The translations under genes and the position numbers were made by a program. From Patescibacteria group bacterium (GTDB lineage Bacteria > Patescibacteriota > Minisyncoccia > 2-02-FULL-40-12 > GWA2-44-9), in contig JBBTTB010000011.1 of NCBI GenBank assembly GCA_038064455.1, positions 1 to 62,784 on the forward strand: a stretch of DNA of 62,784 nt, read 5' to 3'. Of the stretch, positions 1-10,049 are shown piece after piece. The notes under the pieces are model-generated. The model was not told the DNA's origin and did not search any database. It worked only from the letters and a program-made list of their open reading frames with translations. Every line of letters starts with the position of its first letter. Positions within the stretch are counted from its first letter, which is position 1.

Positions 1-260
1 TTGAATGTCGGCGATTTTGAAAAAAGGTCAATCAGAAATCCCGCCCGCATTCATTCCCCAGACCCCTTTCTGCGGACGGGAAAATTCAGTCGAGGTTTTG
101 CCAAATCCTTTTCCCCAGAAAATAGTTTTGGCAAAACCGAGTCCGCATTGAAGCCCCACGCACTGCCCGAATACTTGGAGGGCAGAACCCCGAAAGAAAA
201 ACACCCTTTCCTTAAAATATTTTATTATTTAGATATTCGCTTTGCGAATTCTTGGATTTA

Positions 261-740
261 ATGACCCCTCAAGAAGCCACGCTTCATAAACTTGTAGACC
301 CAGCAAAGACGCAAGTTTTTGTTTTAACCTGCCCTGCGAATATACCAACGAACATTGCCGCGCATCCATGGTTCGTTATTAATCGACAGGGTGCACTCTC
401 GCGTTGGGAAGTACTTTTTCAAAAGAGAGCACGCTCCACACAGCACTGGGGCCATATTTTTAAAGACGCCTTTCCTTTATTTTCCGGCATAAGCATCTTT
501 CCGTTTTTTTACTCCCCACGCTGGAACGCCACACTTCTCGGAGTAGTAGAAGGAGAAGCTGCAGAACTGTTAGCTAAGCGTATAGAAAACTCGCCGAGTG
601 AATATCCGCTCCACGATACGTACTTCATCCTTGGCCCTAATAGCAACACCTACGGACAGTGGATTTTAGATGCACTCCCCACACCTATCATCAAGCTTCC
701 TTGGAACGCTTTTGGCAAAAACCACAAAGCTCGCAACTAA
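261..740 (+). CDS. DUF3750-like hypothetical protein
   Basis: Motifs AAHPWFV, RWEV and Y.ILGPNSNTYGQWIL resemble the DUF3750 family; ATG at 261. Confidence 0.6.
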   Translation: MTPQEATLHKLVDPAKTQVFVLTCPANIPTNIAAHPWFVINRQGALSRWEVLFQKRARSTQHWGHIFKDAFPLFSGISIFPFFYSPRWNATLLGVVEGEAAELLAKRIENSPSEYPLHDTYFILGPNSNTYGQWILDALPTPIIKLPWNAFGKNHKARN

Positions 741-1558
741 AGCTCGCACAGATTCTCAAGCATGGCAACAACCATGATAGGCCCCATGCCGCCGGGCACG
801 GGAGTGAGGAGACCGGCAAGCGGAGCAACTGATTTTACATCCACGTCCCCCGTTACTTTTCCCTTGTGGAGCGCGTAGCCAAAATCAATCACTGTTGCGC
901 CTTCTTTGATCCATTTTTTCGTAATCAGCTTTGGCTTACCTACTCCTGAAACGATGAGGTTTGCACGCGATGCAATTGCAGCAGGATCTTTCGTGTGCTC
1001 ATCAATGAGAGCAACTATCGCACCTTGTGCTTGAAGCCACCGTGCGATGGGATCGCCAACAAGCTGGCCACCACCCACAACAGCGCACTGCATGCCATGC
1101 AATGCCATGCCGCGCAATTCACATACTTCGCGCAATGCACGAACAGTCGGTGGTAAGAGTACAAGACCAGCGGGATCTGCGTGAAATGTCGCAAGGCGCT
1201 GTGCCGTGAGTACATCAACATCTTTACCCGGGTCGATAAGGTTCATGTACAGATCTGCATCCATGCCATGCGGTAACGGCAGTTCTAAAAAGATACCCGT
1301 GGTCTCATCATCTGCGTTGAGAAACGCAATCGCCTCTCGAAGCTTCGCGTCAGAAGCATCTTCGATGACATATGATGAAAAATTGATCCCGCATCGCTCG
1401 GCCGCTTTTTTCTTGATAGCAATAAATTTTTCGACCGCGGGGTCTTTTCCTACAGACACAGCCGCAAGCATAGGAGCAACGCCAAGTGCATCGACACGCA
1501 TACGAATACGCTCATGCATGTGCTCCGCAATAATAGTGCCGTCAAGAATGGTTGCCAT
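737..1558 (-). CDS. folD: Bifunctional methylenetetrahydrofolate dehydrogenase/cyclohydrolase
   Basis: MATILDG start, LPLP, KDVD, VIDFG and TPVPGGMGP motifs; start trimmed to ATG 1558 (1564 also possible). Confidence 0.92.
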   Translation of the reverse strand: MATILDGTIIAEHMHERIRMRVDALGVAPMLAAVSVGKDPAVEKFIAIKKKAAERCGINFSSYVIEDASDAKLREAIAFLNADDETTGIFLELPLPHGMDADLYMNLIDPGKDVDVLTAQRLATFHADPAGLVLLPPTVRALREVCELRGMALHGMQCAVVGGGQLVGDPIARWLQAQGAIVALIDEHTKDPAAIASRANLIVSGVGKPKLITKKWIKEGATVIDFGYALHKGKVTGDVDVKSVAPLAGLLTPVPGGMGPIMVVAMLENLCEL

Positions 1559-2210
1559 GGGCATGGGTTGCATCGGTAATGAGGGAAAAGGTGCGGAGTA
1601 GGTCCTCTGGCTTTGCGGCACCAACACGTGCAATGCGCGGCTGGGCCCCCGTAAGATCTACAATAGTAGAGGGAGTAGATACAGGGAGTGCTCCTACGTC
1701 CACCACGATATCAGGCTTCAAACGAGAAAACGACTCGAGAATACGCTCCACATCACGGAATGGCTCTTGGCCCGATACGTTCGCAGATGTGAGCGTAAGC
1801 GGATAGCCAAATGACCGAAGCACTGCATCAACAAGAGGAGCGGCTGCGGCACGGAGCGCAATAGTTCCCGTACTCGCTGTAGTGATAGCGGGCACTAAAT
1901 CGCGAGACTCCAGAATAACGGAAACGGGACCAGGCCACACCGCCTTGAGAAAAGCGGCCTGACGAGTATTCACATATGCAAGCTCCTCTGCCCAGCGGTG
2001 GTCGCGCACTCCAACGGGTACCGGCTTGTGTTCTGGTCTACCCTTGATACGAAAAACGTGGCGCACATCTTTTTCATTCAGTGCATTCGCACATAACGCA
2101 TAGAGCGTATCTGTGGGAAGCATTGCCACGCCGCCACGCGAGAGTACCCACACCACGCGCTGGATAATCTCTTCAGAAATAGTGTCCGTAGTACAACGAA
2201 TAACTTCCAT
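1542..2210 (-). CDS. tsaC: L-threonylcarbamoyladenylate synthase (TsaC/Sua5)
   Basis: PTDTLYAL, KGRP..KP, WPGP, TSANVSG and PSTIVD motifs. Confidence 0.92.
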   Translation of the reverse strand: MEVIRCTTDTISEEIIQRVVWVLSRGGVAMLPTDTLYALCANALNEKDVRHVFRIKGRPEHKPVPVGVRDHRWAEELAYVNTRQAAFLKAVWPGPVSVILESRDLVPAITTASTGTIALRAAAAPLVDAVLRSFGYPLTLTSANVSGQEPFRDVERILESFSRLKPDIVVDVGALPVSTPSTIVDLTGAQPRIARVGAAKPEDLLRTFSLITDATHAHGNHS

Positions 2211-2262
2211 AGGATGAATAAACACAACGAGGGCCCCGTGGCCCTCGTGTTCTGCTCGGGCA

Positions 2263-2547
2263 TTACGCCGTTGCTGTTTTCTTCTTTGGCTTCCAGCTTT
2301 GTACCTTTTCGCGATCGATAATCTTGTGATTGACGAGGAGATTGTTTGCCGTTGGACTCACCACCGCACCCTTGGTCAGCCAGTATGCGATACGCTCCTG
2401 TTGCGTAGCAAGCTTTTTCGCATGCGGATCATAGGTGCCCAAAAGCTCCTGGTACTCACCCTGGGGTTTCTTTGTGTGCTCGGTAAGAACGAGGCGGAAA
2501 TATGCCTGCTTCTTCTTGCCAACACGTTGGAGACGGATCATTAACAT
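2263..2547 (-). CDS. rpsP: 30S ribosomal protein S16
   Basis: MLMIRLQRVGKK..YFRLV, ELLGTYDP, WLTKGA. Confidence 0.97.
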   Translation of the reverse strand: MLMIRLQRVGKKKQAYFRLVLTEHTKKPQGEYQELLGTYDPHAKKLATQQERIAYWLTKGAVVSPTANNLLVNHKIIDREKVQSWKPKKKTATA

Positions 2548-2589
2548 TGTGCGAAATATACTAGCACAGACTCAAAAAAAGACAAGTGG

Positions 2590-2885
2590 CGCCATTCGGC
2601 AATGACCTCTGTCTTTCGGGCACGCGTCGTGCGCCCCAGCGAGGCGCACGCGCTCCCTCTCACCCTCACTGCGCCCATAGGGCGCACCGTGCACTTTCGG
2701 GTTCCGAGAGGCCCTACAGCCAGAGGATCATTACCTACATAAATTTTCCAGCATGAAAAGAATGTGGGCTCCTGAAGACCATTCGGAGCCCGAGCGGGCA
2801 TGGTGTCTCCGTAAGGAGACGAGCGAGGGCGAGTGAGACCGCACAGTCCCGCTGGGACCGCGACGGGAGTCGAAGAGCGATAGTG
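2590..2885. ncRNA. Candidate structured RNA or REP-like palindromic element (unassigned)
   Basis: Intergenic stretch with at least 5 hairpins and a long-range stem 2601-2611/2721-2732; no convincing ORF. Confidence 0.35.
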
Positions 2886-2897
2886 TTTCTAAAAACT

Positions 2898-3629
2898 CTA
2901 CTTCCCCCACTTCTTATTGGTAAGCGCGTCCTGCGCCGCGGCCTGTTGCGCATCTTGTTTGGATGGCCCCTCGCCCACACCCGTCTGCTCTCCACTCAAA
3001 AAGACTCCTACACGGAAATGGCGTGCGTGATCAGGCCCCCACTCTTCAAGCACTTCATAGGTAGGCGTCGCGCTCACGCGCTCTTGAGCTTCTTCTTGTA
3101 AAACGCTCTTTGGGTCACGATATAAGCGTTTTTCGATAATATCAGGAAGGCGGCTAAGCACGTGGGTTGTAATGACGGCAGCAGCCGGAGCATATCCTCC
3201 ATCCAAATACACGGCGCCGATAAGAGCCTCCATAGCATTTGCGAGGATGTACTGTCGCGCACGCCCAATATCGCGAGCCTCACCCTTAGAAAGGAGCATA
3301 CATTCATTCAACGCTAAGTCGCTCGCAATAAGCGCCAGCGTGTTTGCGTTCACCAGAGCAGCGCGCCAGTTGGTAAGCTCTCCTTCTGGGTTGGGGTACG
3401 TTTGATAGAGGTGCTCTGTCACTACAAGTTCTAATACCGCGTCGCCCAAAAACTCAAGGCGCTCATTGTGATCTAGTGGCCAGGAGGGGTTTTCGTTCAA
3501 ATAGGAGCGATGTGTTATCGCTTGTTTTAGGAGCTCTTGTTGTGCAAACGTGTGCCCAATAACCTCTTGAAGGCGGGCGAGGAGTGCGTCGTGTTCCATG
3601 CGAAGTGTGCGCATGGCAACAGAGAACAT
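2898..3629 (-). CDS. rnc: Ribonuclease III
   Basis: THRSY, NERLEFLGDAVL signature and C-terminal dsRBD (GEGPSKQDAQQAAA); start could be 3614 or 3599. Confidence 0.97.
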   Translation of the reverse strand: MFSVAMRTLRMEHDALLARLQEVIGHTFAQQELLKQAITHRSYLNENPSWPLDHNERLEFLGDAVLELVVTEHLYQTYPNPEGELTNWRAALVNANTLALIASDLALNECMLLSKGEARDIGRARQYILANAMEALIGAVYLDGGYAPAAAVITTHVLSRLPDIIEKRLYRDPKSVLQEEAQERVSATPTYEVLEEWGPDHARHFRVGVFLSGEQTGVGEGPSKQDAQQAAAQDALTNKKWGK

Positions 3630-3642
3630 GACGATTCACAAC

Positions 3643-4167
3643 TTACGATTGTGCACTGTCATGTGCGCTGTCTGCCTCTGCGGTATCAGCGGAATCTGAA
3701 GGCTTGTGGTCACCTTCCCCACGATGAGGAGCATCATCTTTTCCAGGCTCCCCAATCTCACGATAGACTGTTCCCAAGACCCCATTCACAAATCGTCCCG
3801 AAGCTTCGCCGCCGAATGATTTCGCCAGCTCAATCGCTTCGTTAATCGCAACCTTTGGCGGAACCGCGGAGCGATCTCCGAAGAGAAGCTCACACAAGCC
3901 CAGTCGAAGAATGTTTCGGTCAACGATCGCGATTTGATCGAGCGGCCACGCAGGCGCCGCCTTTTCGATGATCTGGTCTAACGCTTCGCGATGCGCCAAA
4001 ACGCCCTTGATAAGGTCGCGGACGAACTGTGCATCGTCGAGCCCGGTTCCGAACTCGACGAGATTCTTTTCAATAACGGCATCCAACTTCTCCTCATTTT
4101 TGTCTCGGAAATCCCACTCGTAGAGTGTCTGCAGTGCGATTGATCGAGAGAGGTGTCGTGATGCCAT
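3643..4167 (-). CDS. nusB: Transcription antitermination factor NusB
   Basis: RHLSRSIALQTLY, DRNILR, VAINEAIELAK, FVNGVL. Confidence 0.96.
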   Translation of the reverse strand: MASRHLSRSIALQTLYEWDFRDKNEEKLDAVIEKNLVEFGTGLDDAQFVRDLIKGVLAHREALDQIIEKAAPAWPLDQIAIVDRNILRLGLCELLFGDRSAVPPKVAINEAIELAKSFGGEASGRFVNGVLGTVYREIGEPGKDDAPHRGEGDHKPSDSADTAEADSAHDSAQS

Positions 4168-4176
4168 GCTTGAAAA

Positions 4177-4401
4177 CTAGGATGCGGTGCGCTGACGGGC
4201 CTTCTCCTGCTTGCGGAGCGCCTTGCCAACAACGTCCACTACCTGACGCCCCTTGTAATACCCACAGTATGTGCAGGTCGTGTGGGGGCGAATCATTTTT
4301 TTACAGTGTCCGCACGCGCTCAGCCCCACTGGCTTTCGTGCCAGGTGACTGCGACGGCGACCCTGTCGGCCTTTGGCCAAATGGTGTCGTGGTACTGCCA
4401 T
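4177..4401 (-). CDS. rpmF: 50S ribosomal protein L32
   Basis: MAVP...RRRSH, CxxC...PH..CxxCGYYKGRQV; ATG at 4401. Confidence 0.95.
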   Translation of the reverse strand: MAVPRHHLAKGRQGRRRSHLARKPVGLSACGHCKKMIRPHTTCTYCGYYKGRQVVDVVGKALRKQEKARQRTAS

Positions 4402-4495
4402 ACGTGAGGCACAGAATACCACGGAAAGATGCCCCCTGCAAGCGCCGTCGGTTATCCATTGCAGACGGCCTCCGGTCGGGCCACAATGGGGACGC

Positions 4496-7400
4496 ATGCG
4501 ATTCACCCATTTACATACCCATTCACACTACTCTCTTTTGGATGGCCTCTCGAAAGTTGACGCCATTGTATCTCGCGTAAAAGAGGCGGGAATGGATTCT
4601 GTTGCCATCACCGATCACGGCGTCATGTATGGCGCCATCGAATTCTATAAGAAGGCAACAAAGGCTGGCGTGAAACCAATTATCGGATGTGAAATGTACA
4701 TCACGAGCGGATCGCGACATGACAAGCGTGCCGGCATCGATGACCAGCGCTACCACCTCATCCTTCTCGCCGAAACAAACGAGGGCTACCAGAACCTCAT
4801 CAAGCTCGTTACCGCCGCACACCTTGAAGGCTTCTATTACAAGCCGCGGATCGATAAAGAAATACTGCGCCAACACAGCAAAGGACTTATCGGTCTTTCG
4901 GCCTGCCTTGCGGGAGAGATTTCGCGTGCTCTTACCGGCAATGATTATCCCGCCGCATGCGCAAAGGCACGAGAGTACGAAGACATCTTCGGAAAAGGAA
5001 ACTTCTTTATTGAGCTGCAACAGCATACCAGTATTCCCGATCAGAACATGGTAACGCCACAGCTTGTTCGTCTTGCCCGCGATCTCAATATCCCCATGGT
5101 CGCCACACAAGACTCTCACTATACACACCACCACGATCAAGAAGCTCACGACATTCTCCTCGCAGTGCAGACAGGCAATAAGCTCGATGACAAAGATCGC
5201 TTTAGCATGAACCAAGACGATTTCTCTCTGCTCACCGCAGAAGAGATGCGTGAGAAGTTCCTTCCTCTCGGCGAAGATGTTGTGCAAGCGGCGTTTGAAA
5301 ATACGGCACAGATTGCAGATCGTTGCTCTCTCACTATCGAGATCGGCAAAACGCAACTCCCCTCGTTCCCACTTCCAGATGGGTACACCGACACGTTCGC
5401 GTATTTGTCAGAACTCGTAGCGCAGGGGGTGCGCCGTCGCTTTGGCGAGACAGAGCGTGCTGACGTCACCGAACGCATTACCTATGAAATGGGAGTCATT
5501 AAAGAAACTGGCTTTGCCTCCTACTTCCTCATCGTCCAAGATTTCGTGAACTGGGCAAAGCGCCAGGGCATTATCGTGGGTCCAGGCCGCGGCTCTGCCG
5601 CCGGAAGCTTGGTGGCATACGTGCTTAGTATCACAAACATTGATCCCCTCCACTACAACCTCCTCTTCGAACGATTCTTGAATCCTGCACGCATCTCCAT
5701 GCCTGATATCGACCTTGACTTCGCCGACCACCGACGCGATGAAGTACTGCACTACGTATCAGAGAAATATGGCAAAGACCACGTCGCGCAGATCATTACG
5801 TTCGGAACCATGGCCGCGCGCGGAAGCATTCGCGACACCGGCCGCGCGCTTGGATTAAGCTATGATTTTTGTGATCGCGTTGCGAAAATGATCCCGTTCA
5901 ACCCAAACGCTGGAGGAGACAAAACGGGTCAGCTTGCAAAAGCGCTTGAAAGCGTCGCAGAGCTTAAGGAGGCATACGATAAAGACCCCGACATCAAACG
6001 CCTCATCGATTCAGCCGCTAAGCTTGAAGGTGTTGCGCGACACGCCTCTACCCATGCGTGTGCTGTGGTGATTACTCCAAAGCCGCTCACCGAATATCTC
6101 CCTCTCCAACAGGGTACCAACGAGGGCGATATCATCACCCAATACGAAATGCACGCCGTTGAAGATCTCGGGCTCTTGAAAATGGATTTCTTGGGGCTTG
6201 CGAACCTCACTATTATTGAACACGCCCTCACCATGATTAAAGAGCGGCATGGCGTTACGATAGACATAGACGCGCTTCCCCTTGATGACGCAAAGGCATT
6301 TCGGCTCCTCCAAGAGGCGAAAACCACGGGAGTCTTCCAGTTGGAATCTGCGGGCATGAAGCGATACCTCAAGGAGCTTCGCCCAACCACCGTTGAAGAT
6401 ATTATCGCTATGTGCGCCCTGTATCGCCCGGGGCCAATGGACCTGATCCCCGATTATATTAATCGCAAACATGGACGGAGTAAGGTTGTCTATTTGCATC
6501 CCGCCCTCGAATCTATTCTTAAGAACACCTACGGCATTATGGTGTACCAAGAACAACTCATGGCCGCCGTACGAGCGCTCGCCGGATTTAGTCTTGCCGA
6601 AGCGGATATCATGAGAAAAGCGGTTGGCAAGAAGATCAAATCACTCCTCGACGAACAGGAGGGCAAGTTTAAAGATGGGTGTGCACGCGTTGGCACGCCG
6701 AAAGACGTGGCGGACACCTTCTGGGGCCTTGTCGAACCATTCAACCGCTACGCGTTCAATAGAAGTCACGCCGCATGCTATGCGGTTATCGCATATCAAA
6801 CAGCGTATCTGAAGGCCAACTTCCCCGCCGAATTCATGGCATCGTTTATGAACAGTGAAACGGGCGACGTGGAACGTATCGCGTTTCTGATTGACGAATG
6901 TCGTTCAATGAAAATCGACGTTCTCCCTCCCGACGTCAATCAAAGTGGCGAACGCTTCGCGGTTGTCTCCGACACGCCACCCGCCATCCGCTTTGGACTC
7001 ACTGCCATCAAAAACGTTGGTGAGCATGCGGTACAGGCACTCATTGCTGAACGTGCAAAGAGTGGACCATTCACAAGCGTCGCAGATTTCGTTACCCGCA
7101 TTCCTGCAAAAGACCTCAATAAAAAATCCCTAGAGAGCCTTATTAAGTCGGGCGCACTTGATGCATTCGGCGAACGCAGCGCCCTTTTGGCCAGTATGGA
7201 TAACCTGTTGAGCTACGCACGCGAACATCAAAAAAACGCTTCCAGCGGGCAAACGAGCCTCTTTGGTGAGCATACTGCGACAGCTCTGCCACCGGTGAGC
7301 TTGGCAAAAGCGGAGCCAGCAACGACGTGGTCGCGCCTTTCATGGGAGAAAGAGCTCCTTGGTCTCTATGTCTCCGAGCACCCACTCGACTCATTTAAAA

Positions 7401-7714
7401 CACAGCTCGCACAAGAACGTGTCATTCCGATCAAAAACATTGTGCCACGCGTCACGCATTCATTCGCTATTGGAGGTATAGTGACTCGGGTGCAAAAGAT
7501 TGTTACAAAAACTGGAAAGCCGATGGCCTTTCTAGAGCTTGAAGATCTCACGGGAAAAATGGAAGCGGTGGTATTCCCAACAGTGCTGGCAAAGTTTCAA
7601 GACATCTGCACCGAGAACCACATTCTCGTTGCGCAGGGCAAGGTGAATGAACGCGATGGACGCGTTTCATTCCTCTGCGATTCATTAAAGTCGCTCGCAG
7701 AGCTTGGAAAATAA
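4496..7714 (+). CDS. dnaE: DNA polymerase III alpha subunit
   Basis: FTHLHTHSHYSLLDG PHP domain, GPGRGSAAGS, MPDIDLDF, YAFNRSH and C-terminal OB fold; ATG at 4496. Confidence 0.98.
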   Translation: MRFTHLHTHSHYSLLDGLSKVDAIVSRVKEAGMDSVAITDHGVMYGAIEFYKKATKAGVKPIIGCEMYITSGSRHDKRAGIDDQRYHLILLAETNEGYQNLIKLVTAAHLEGFYYKPRIDKEILRQHSKGLIGLSACLAGEISRALTGNDYPAACAKAREYEDIFGKGNFFIELQQHTSIPDQNMVTPQLVRLARDLNIPMVATQDSHYTHHHDQEAHDILLAVQTGNKLDDKDRFSMNQDDFSLLTAEEMREKFLPLGEDVVQAAFENTAQIADRCSLTIEIGKTQLPSFPLPDGYTDTFAYLSELVAQGVRRRFGETERADVTERITYEMGVIKETGFASYFLIVQDFVNWAKRQGIIVGPGRGSAAGSLVAYVLSITNIDPLHYNLLFERFLNPARISMPDIDLDFADHRRDEVLHYVSEKYGKDHVAQIITFGTMAARGSIRDTGRALGLSYDFCDRVAKMIPFNPNAGGDKTGQLAKALESVAELKEAYDKDPDIKRLIDSAAKLEGVARHASTHACAVVITPKPLTEYLPLQQGTNEGDIITQYEMHAVEDLGLLKMDFLGLANLTIIEHALTMIKERHGVTIDIDALPLDDAKAFRLLQEAKTTGVFQLESAGMKRYLKELRPTTVEDIIAMCALYRPGPMDLIPDYINRKHGRSKVVYLHPALESILKNTYGIMVYQEQLMAAVRALAGFSLAEADIMRKAVGKKIKSLLDEQEGKFKDGCARVGTPKDVADTFWGLVEPFNRYAFNRSHAACYAVIAYQTAYLKANFPAEFMASFMNSETGDVERIAFLIDECRSMKIDVLPPDVNQSGERFAVVSDTPPAIRFGLTAIKNVGEHAVQALIAERAKSGPFTSVADFVTRIPAKDLNKKSLESLIKSGALDAFGERSALLASMDNLLSYAREHQKNASSGQTSLFGEHTATALPPVSLAKAEPATTWSRLSWEKELLGLYVSEHPLDSFKTQLAQERVIPIKNIVPRVTHSFAIGGIVTRVQKIVTKTGKPMAFLELEDLTGKMEAVVFPTVLAKFQDICTENHILVAQGKVNERDGRVSFLCDSLKSLAELGK

Positions 7715-7764
7715 AAGAGCCGGCGACACCCTGGGGTATCTCCGGCCCGGAAAGAACTGGGCTC

Positions 7765-7941
7765 CTAGTGCTGGCAGCCCTGGTGCGGCGGGGCGCACGG
7801 CTGCCCGCGCGGAACGCCCCCCTCCTGCATGATGTCCCTAGCGAGATCGCGCAGGAGCTTTGCCACTTCGGCGCGGCGCACGCCCATCTCAAGCGCTTCA
7901 CTGGCAGTGGCGCGGAATCGAGCCTCGATTTCGTTCATCAT
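7765..7941 (-). CDS. Small hypothetical protein (58 aa), paralog of 7951..8202
   Basis: Not in the ORF track. AGGAGG 5 nt before ATG; MMNEIEARFRATASEALEMGVRRAEVAKLLRDLARD aligns with the upstream neighbour; GC hairpin follows (~7712-7748). Confidence 0.65.
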   Translation of the reverse strand: MMNEIEARFRATASEALEMGVRRAEVAKLLRDLARDIMQEGGVPRGQPCAPPHQGCQH

Positions 7942-7950
7942 CCCGTCCTC

Positions 7951-8202
7951 CTATCCCACGCCGTTGAGTGCCGTCAGGCGCCGTGTCGAATCCGGCATGA
8001 GACGCGGCACTGTGCCAGTTCGCAGATGCGCCGCTCGCATGGAGTGGTCCTCACCACACACTTCGAGCTCAGCAGAGGCAAGGGCCCTTGCCGAAATGAA
8101 GCGCAGCTCACTGGTCATCTCGTGTCGCGGCGCGCCTGACTTATGTTGCTCGCGGAGGAACTCCACCGCAAGCACCCGAAACTTTTTCTCGATCTCCGTC
8201 AC
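7951..8202 (-). CDS. Small hypothetical protein (83 aa)
   Basis: AAGGAGG before GTG; near-consensus promoter upstream. Confidence 0.7.
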   Translation of the reverse strand: MTEIEKKFRVLAVEFLREQHKSGAPRHEMTSELRFISARALASAELEVCGEDHSMRAAHLRTGTVPRLMPDSTRRLTALNGVG

Positions 8203-8234
8203 TGACCCTCCTTGATGTAACGACGAGAGAGGTC

Positions 8235-8263
8235 ATTATAATACAGTTTCCCGTTTGAGTCAA
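8235..8263 (-). promoter_or_regulatory. Sigma70 promoter TTGACT-N17-TATAAT for the 8202/7941 cassette
   Basis: Direct consensus match with 17-nt spacer. Confidence 0.8.
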
Positions 8264-8305
8264 AACCTTTCATTTGCCACCATTATTCGGTATTCTACAG
8301 AAACT

Positions 8306-10048
8306 ATGGCACAGCAATTAGAACAGATCCGGCATTCTCTCGCTCACCTGCTCGCCGCGGCAGTCATGAAGCATTTCCCCGATGCACAGCGCACCATCGG
8401 TCCCGCTATCGAAACGGGATTTTACTATGACTTTCTCTTCCCTACCCCGATCAGCGAACATGACCTTGAAAAAATAGAGGCAACCATGCGCAAGCTCCTG
8501 CCCACATGGACAGCATTTGCGCACCGCGAAGTCTCCGAAGCCCAAGCTCGCGAAGTGTTCAAAGGAAACCCGTTCAAGCTCGAACTCATTGAAGAAATCG
8601 TCAGTAAAGGTGAAAAAATCACCCTCTACACCAGCGGCGACTTCACTGATCTCTGCCGCGGAGGCCACGTAGAAAACCCGGCACAAGAAATCCCTGCCAA
8701 TAGTTTTAAGCTTGAAAAGCTCGCGGGTGCGTACTGGCGCGGTGATGAAACAAAAGCACAACTTACCCGCATCTATGGGCTCGCCTTTGAATCGAAAGAA
8801 AAACTTGAAGCACACATCACCATGGTTGAGGAAGCAAAAAAGCGCGACCACAAGATTCTCGGGCCTGCGCTTGATCTCTTCACCTTCTCTGATCTCGTTG
8901 GCGCTGGCCTTCCCCTTTGGACACCAAAAGGAACCCTCCTGCGAAATGTACTCGATGACTTTGTGTGGTCACTCCGCGCCAAGCGTGGCTACATGAAGGT
9001 AGAGATCCCTCACATCACGAAGAAAGACCTCTACGTCACCTCGGGCCACTGGGAGAAATTTAAAGACGACCTCTTCCGTATCACTACGCGCGAGAAGCAT
9101 GAGTTTGCCATGAAGCCGATGAACTGCCCTCACCACACGCAGATCTACGCACGCAAGCAGTGGAGCTACCGTGAATTACCCCAACGCTATGCGAACACCA
9201 CCACGTGCTATCGCGATGAACAGTCGGGCGAGCTCTCGGGCCTCTCACGCGTGCGAAGCTTCGCGCAAGATGACGCGCACGTCTTTTGCCGCATGTCACA
9301 AGCCCGCGAAGAGTTTTTGAAAGTGTGGGACATTGTTCACGAATTCTATGCCCCATTTGGCTTTGCACTCCGCGTTCGCCTCTCACGCCACGACCCCGCA
9401 CACCCCGAAAAATACCTTGGCGACCCACAACGCTGGGAGACTGCAGAAGGCATTTTGCGAGACATTGTTGCAGAAAAGAACGTTGATGCGATTGATGGCC
9501 TTGGCGAAGCCGCATTCTATGGTCCAAAGCTCGACTTCCTCGCGCAAGATTCTCTTGGCCGCGAGTGGCAAGTGGCCACCATCCAGCTCGACATGAACAT
9601 GCCAGAGCGTTTTGACCTCACCTGCGTAAATGAAAAAGCAGAGAAAGAGCGCATTGTGATGATTCACGCCGCGATCATGGGTTCGATCGAACGCTTCCTC
9701 TCCATCGCCATCGAGCACTTTGCAGGAGCATTCCCACTCTGGCTTGCACCCGTGCAGGTTGCCGTCCTCCCTATTTCAGAAAAACAGCTTGAATACGCAC
9801 AAAGCGTTGTTGCTTCACTCACCGCCGCAGGATTCCGCGTAGAACTTCGCGATGAGAACGAAAGCATCGGAAAGAAAATCCGGGCCGCAGAGATGATGAA
9901 GATTCCATATCTCCTCGTAGTTGGCGCAAAAGAAGCTGAAGCGCAAGCCGTTGCCGTACGTCAGCGTGGCGCCGGTGACACGGGAGCGGTATCACTCGAA
10001 TCATTTATACAAAAGGCAGCCGCAGAGATTACCGCAAAAACAGCGTAA
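8306..10048 (+). CDS. thrS: Threonine--tRNA ligase (lacks N-terminal TGS domain)
   Basis: IRHSLAHLL, DLCRGGH, GAYWRGD, KPMNCP, AAFYGPK, TIQLD, GSIERF. Confidence 0.97.
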   Translation: MAQQLEQIRHSLAHLLAAAVMKHFPDAQRTIGPAIETGFYYDFLFPTPISEHDLEKIEATMRKLLPTWTAFAHREVSEAQAREVFKGNPFKLELIEEIVSKGEKITLYTSGDFTDLCRGGHVENPAQEIPANSFKLEKLAGAYWRGDETKAQLTRIYGLAFESKEKLEAHITMVEEAKKRDHKILGPALDLFTFSDLVGAGLPLWTPKGTLLRNVLDDFVWSLRAKRGYMKVEIPHITKKDLYVTSGHWEKFKDDLFRITTREKHEFAMKPMNCPHHTQIYARKQWSYRELPQRYANTTTCYRDEQSGELSGLSRVRSFAQDDAHVFCRMSQAREEFLKVWDIVHEFYAPFGFALRVRLSRHDPAHPEKYLGDPQRWETAEGILRDIVAEKNVDAIDGLGEAAFYGPKLDFLAQDSLGREWQVATIQLDMNMPERFDLTCVNEKAEKERIVMIHAAIMGSIERFLSIAIEHFAGAFPLWLAPVQVAVLPISEKQLEYAQSVVASLTAAGFRVELRDENESIGKKIRAAEMMKIPYLLVVGAKEAEAQAVAVRQRGAGDTGAVSLESFIQKAAAEITAKTA

Positions 10049-10049
10049 G

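Noticed and set aside
1-261. 86-aa ORF at the window start
   Set aside because: No recognisable motifs and homopolymer-rich sequence at the edge; cannot be supported as coding.
2590-2885. RNase P RNA
   Set aside because: Size fits, but the GAGGAAAGUCC and ACAnAAnnCGGCUUA P4 signatures are absent on both strands.
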